Source: an uncultured delta proteobacterium
Lineage (GTDB): Bacteria > Myxococcota > UBA727 > VGSZ01
Length of the DNA: 64,000 nucleotides
Assembly (NCBI GenBank): GCA_963775425.1
Contig: CAVZJB010000002.1
Location: 1-64,000, forward strand
Direction: 5' to 3'
Of this stretch, positions 60,966 to 64,000 are shown one piece after another; the stretch's first letter is position 1, and each line of letters opens with the position of its first letter. Under the pieces are notes generated by a model. It did not search any database. It was given only the letters and a program-made list of their open reading frames with translations, and was not told the origin of the DNA. The translations under genes and the position numbers were made by a program.

Positions 60966-62816
60966 CCCGGTGAAGCCGCGGGCGAGCCCCCGCGCGTCCT
61001 CGCCGGTGCGCCGCCCGCGCGCCGCTCGCGCGTTGCCCATCGTCGACGCCGTCGCGGCACCACCGGCAGAGGCCCCGGCGCAGCCCACGCGCCTCGACAA
61101 TCTGTGGTTCCGCGTGCGCGCGACGCGTCACAAGGTCTCGCGTCTCCTGCGCGATCGGCGCGAGGGAGTCGCCCGCTCGCCGCGGGCCGCGGCAGACGGC
61201 TTTCGTTCGGTGGCGTCGTCGTCGTCGTCGCCGCTGTGGACCCACGACGATCCGCGCGAGCGCCCGCTGGTGGCGGGCAAGATCCACAACCTGCGGCTCG
61301 CCGCGCGCCGCCTCGACGGCGCGCTCGTGAAGGCGGGCGCGGTGTGGTCGTTCTGGGCGGAGGTGGGCCCGCCGTGGGCGCTGTTCGGTTACGTCGACGG
61401 GCGCGAGCTGCGCGAGGGGTGCCTGGTGCCGTCGGTGGGCGGCGGCCTGTGTCAGCTCTCGAACGCGCTGTACGCGTGCGCGCTCGACGCGGGCCTCGAG
61501 ATCCTCGAGCGCCACGCGCACACTGCGAAGGTCGGCGGCGCCGCCGCCACCGACCGCGACGCGACGGTCTTTCATCCCTACGTCGACCTGCGCTTCCGTG
61601 CCGAGGTCGACGTCCTCGTCGAAGCGCGCCTGGTGCGCGACCGCCTCGAGGTGCGCCTGCGCACGCGACAGCCGCGCGTCCCGCCAGCGCCGCGCCGGTC
61701 TCCGGCGTCACCGCGGCGGTCGACGGCGCGGCCGCTGCTCCGCGTCGACGAGCACGCGTGCGACGCCTGCGCTCGCGCGGACTGCGAGGTCGGCGAGGAC
61801 GCGCGCGCCCGCATCCGGCCGCACCGCGCGCGCACCGCCTTCGCCGTCGACGAGCTGACGCCCGAGCTGGCGGCGTTCGTCGCGGCGCGCGCGCGCCTCA
61901 AGCACACGAGCGACGACGCGGAGGACGACGACGCGGACGTGCTCGCGCTGCCTGTGCCGGGGGCGCTCGTCGGCATGCCGCAGTACGCGTGGGACACGCG
62001 CGGCTTCGACGTCGTCGCGGCGCCGCTCGTGGCGCTCGCGCGTTCGCGGAGGATGCGCGCGCTCGCGAGCGAGGGCGCCGCCCGCGTGCGCGCGCAGCTC
62101 GACTGCGACGCCGCTCTCGCCGCCGCCTACGCGCGCTTCTTCGGCGCCTCCGTCGAGCACCTCGTGGTGGCGCACTCGCTCCTGCCGCACCTGTGGCGCA
62201 GCGGCGACCTCGCCGGCCGCACCTTCGACGCGTTCCTCACGCGCCTGCCGCTGTTCGCGCTGCAGGCGCGCCTCGACGAGGCCGCGGCGCGGTTCCCCGA
62301 CGACCCGCTGTTGCGCGCCTATCGAGCGCCGAGCGAGCTCGTCGAGGCCGAACGCGACGCCCTCGCGGCGGCGGCGAAGCTCTTCACGCCGCACCCCGAG
62401 ATCGCGCGTGTGCTTCCGCGCGCCACGCTCGTGCCGTGGTCGCCGCCGCCGCCGTCGTCGCCGGCGCGCATCGGCGGCCGGCGCATCGTGTTCCCCGGGC
62501 CCGCCGCGGCCAGGAAGGGCGCGCACGCGGTGCGGGCCGCCGCGCGCGCGCTCGGCCTGGTCGTGGTGCTCTGCGGCAGCGACCTCGAGGGCCCGTCGTT
62601 CTGGGACGGCGTCGAGGTCGAGCGCATGTCGTTTGGCCGCGCGTTTCGTCGCGCGGTGCGGGCGGTGGTGCAGCCCGCGCTCGTCGAGGATCGACCGCGG
62701 CGCTTGCTCGAAGCCGTCGCCCGCGGCGTCCCCGTGATCGCCACGCGCGCCTGCGGCGTGCCCGGCGCCGTCGAGGTCCCCTTCGGCGACGTTGCGGCCC
62801 TCATCACCGCGCTCGC

Positions 62817-63353
<537 letters not shown>

Positions 63354-63496
63354 GATCCACTTCCGAACGGCGCGCTCGCGGTGCGCGCCATGACTTCTCT
63401 CACAGTCATCGTAGTGTCGTCGTCGTTGGCCGCATCTTCGCCGTCTACGGTCGTGCGCACCGCCGCCACCGTTCGTCGTTTCGTGATGGAGGATCC

Positions 63497-64000
63497 GTGA
63501 CCGCTCCCCTGTTCTCCCCGCTTCACCTGCGCGGTCTCGCGCTCGAAAACCGCATCGTGGTCTCGCCCATGTGCCAATACGCGGCCGCCGCCGGCGTCCC
63601 CGGCGACTGGCACCTCGTGCACCTCGGAAACCTCTCGATGTCCGGCGCCGCCCTGCTCTTCGTCGAGGCCACCGCCGTCGAGCCCGAGGGCCGCATCACC
63701 CCGGGCGACACGGGCCTGTACGACGACGCGTGCGAGGCCGCGTTCGCCCGCGTCGTCGACGTCGTTCGTCGCGTCGGCACCGCGCACGTCGGCGTCCAGC
63801 TCGCGCACGCCGGCCGCAAGGCGAGCTGCGCCGTCCCCTGGGACGGCGGCCGGCAGCTCGCGCTCGAGGCAGGCGGGTGGACGCCGTTTGCGCCGTCGGC
63901 GGAGCCGTTTGTCGAGGGCGATCGCGTGGCCGAGCTCGACGCGGACGGCCGCGAGCGGATCAAGCGCGCCTTCGCCGCCGCCGCCGTTCGCGCCGCGCGC
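63497..64000 (+). CDS. NADH:flavin oxidoreductase (Old Yellow Enzyme, YqjM-like), 3'-truncated by window edge
   Basis: Own translation gives LFSPLHLRGLALENRIVVSPMCQY...EATAVEPEGRIT...GVQLAHAGRKAS; GGAGG Shine-Dalgarno. Confidence 0.93.
   Translation, partial: MTAPLFSPLHLRGLALENRIVVSPMCQYAAAAGVPGDWHLVHLGNLSMSGAALLFVEATAVEPEGRITPGDTGLYDDACEAAFARVVDVVRRVGTAHVGVQLAHAGRKASCAVPWDGGRQLALEAGGWTPFAPSAEPFVEGDRVAELDADGRERIKRAFAAAAVRAAR

Overview
GC-rich (roughly 70%+ by eye) bacterial chromosome segment. Poly(Gly-Glu) lipoproteins, a kinase-STAND-TPR protein and vWA-FHA and DUF6178-like proteins suggest a Myxococcota/Deltaproteobacteria-like origin (inference). The first 5.6 kb is the most unusual part. 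It holds the 3' end of an IS66 element inserted into a GTAG-type REP/~107-bp repeat field, then a four-helix-bundle gene facing a degenerate inverted copy of itself across a long palindrome. Next come a circularly permuted tRNA-like RNA (YrlA/Y-RNA-like, ~3054-3201) and a second long hairpin. These are followed by a coupled gene pair: a basic uncharacterised protein and a divergent TROVE/Ro60-like-vWA protein. The rest is mixed housekeeping and accessory DNA: polA, xth, purEK, katG, ppk2, mscS, a TetR-DrrAB module, a GH13 enzyme, a PBP/SLT pair, two tRNA-Ser genes, many lipoproteins and an IS1182 remnant. At least two single-base frameshifts suggest assembly indels. Products were assigned by motif recognition only; no searches were run.
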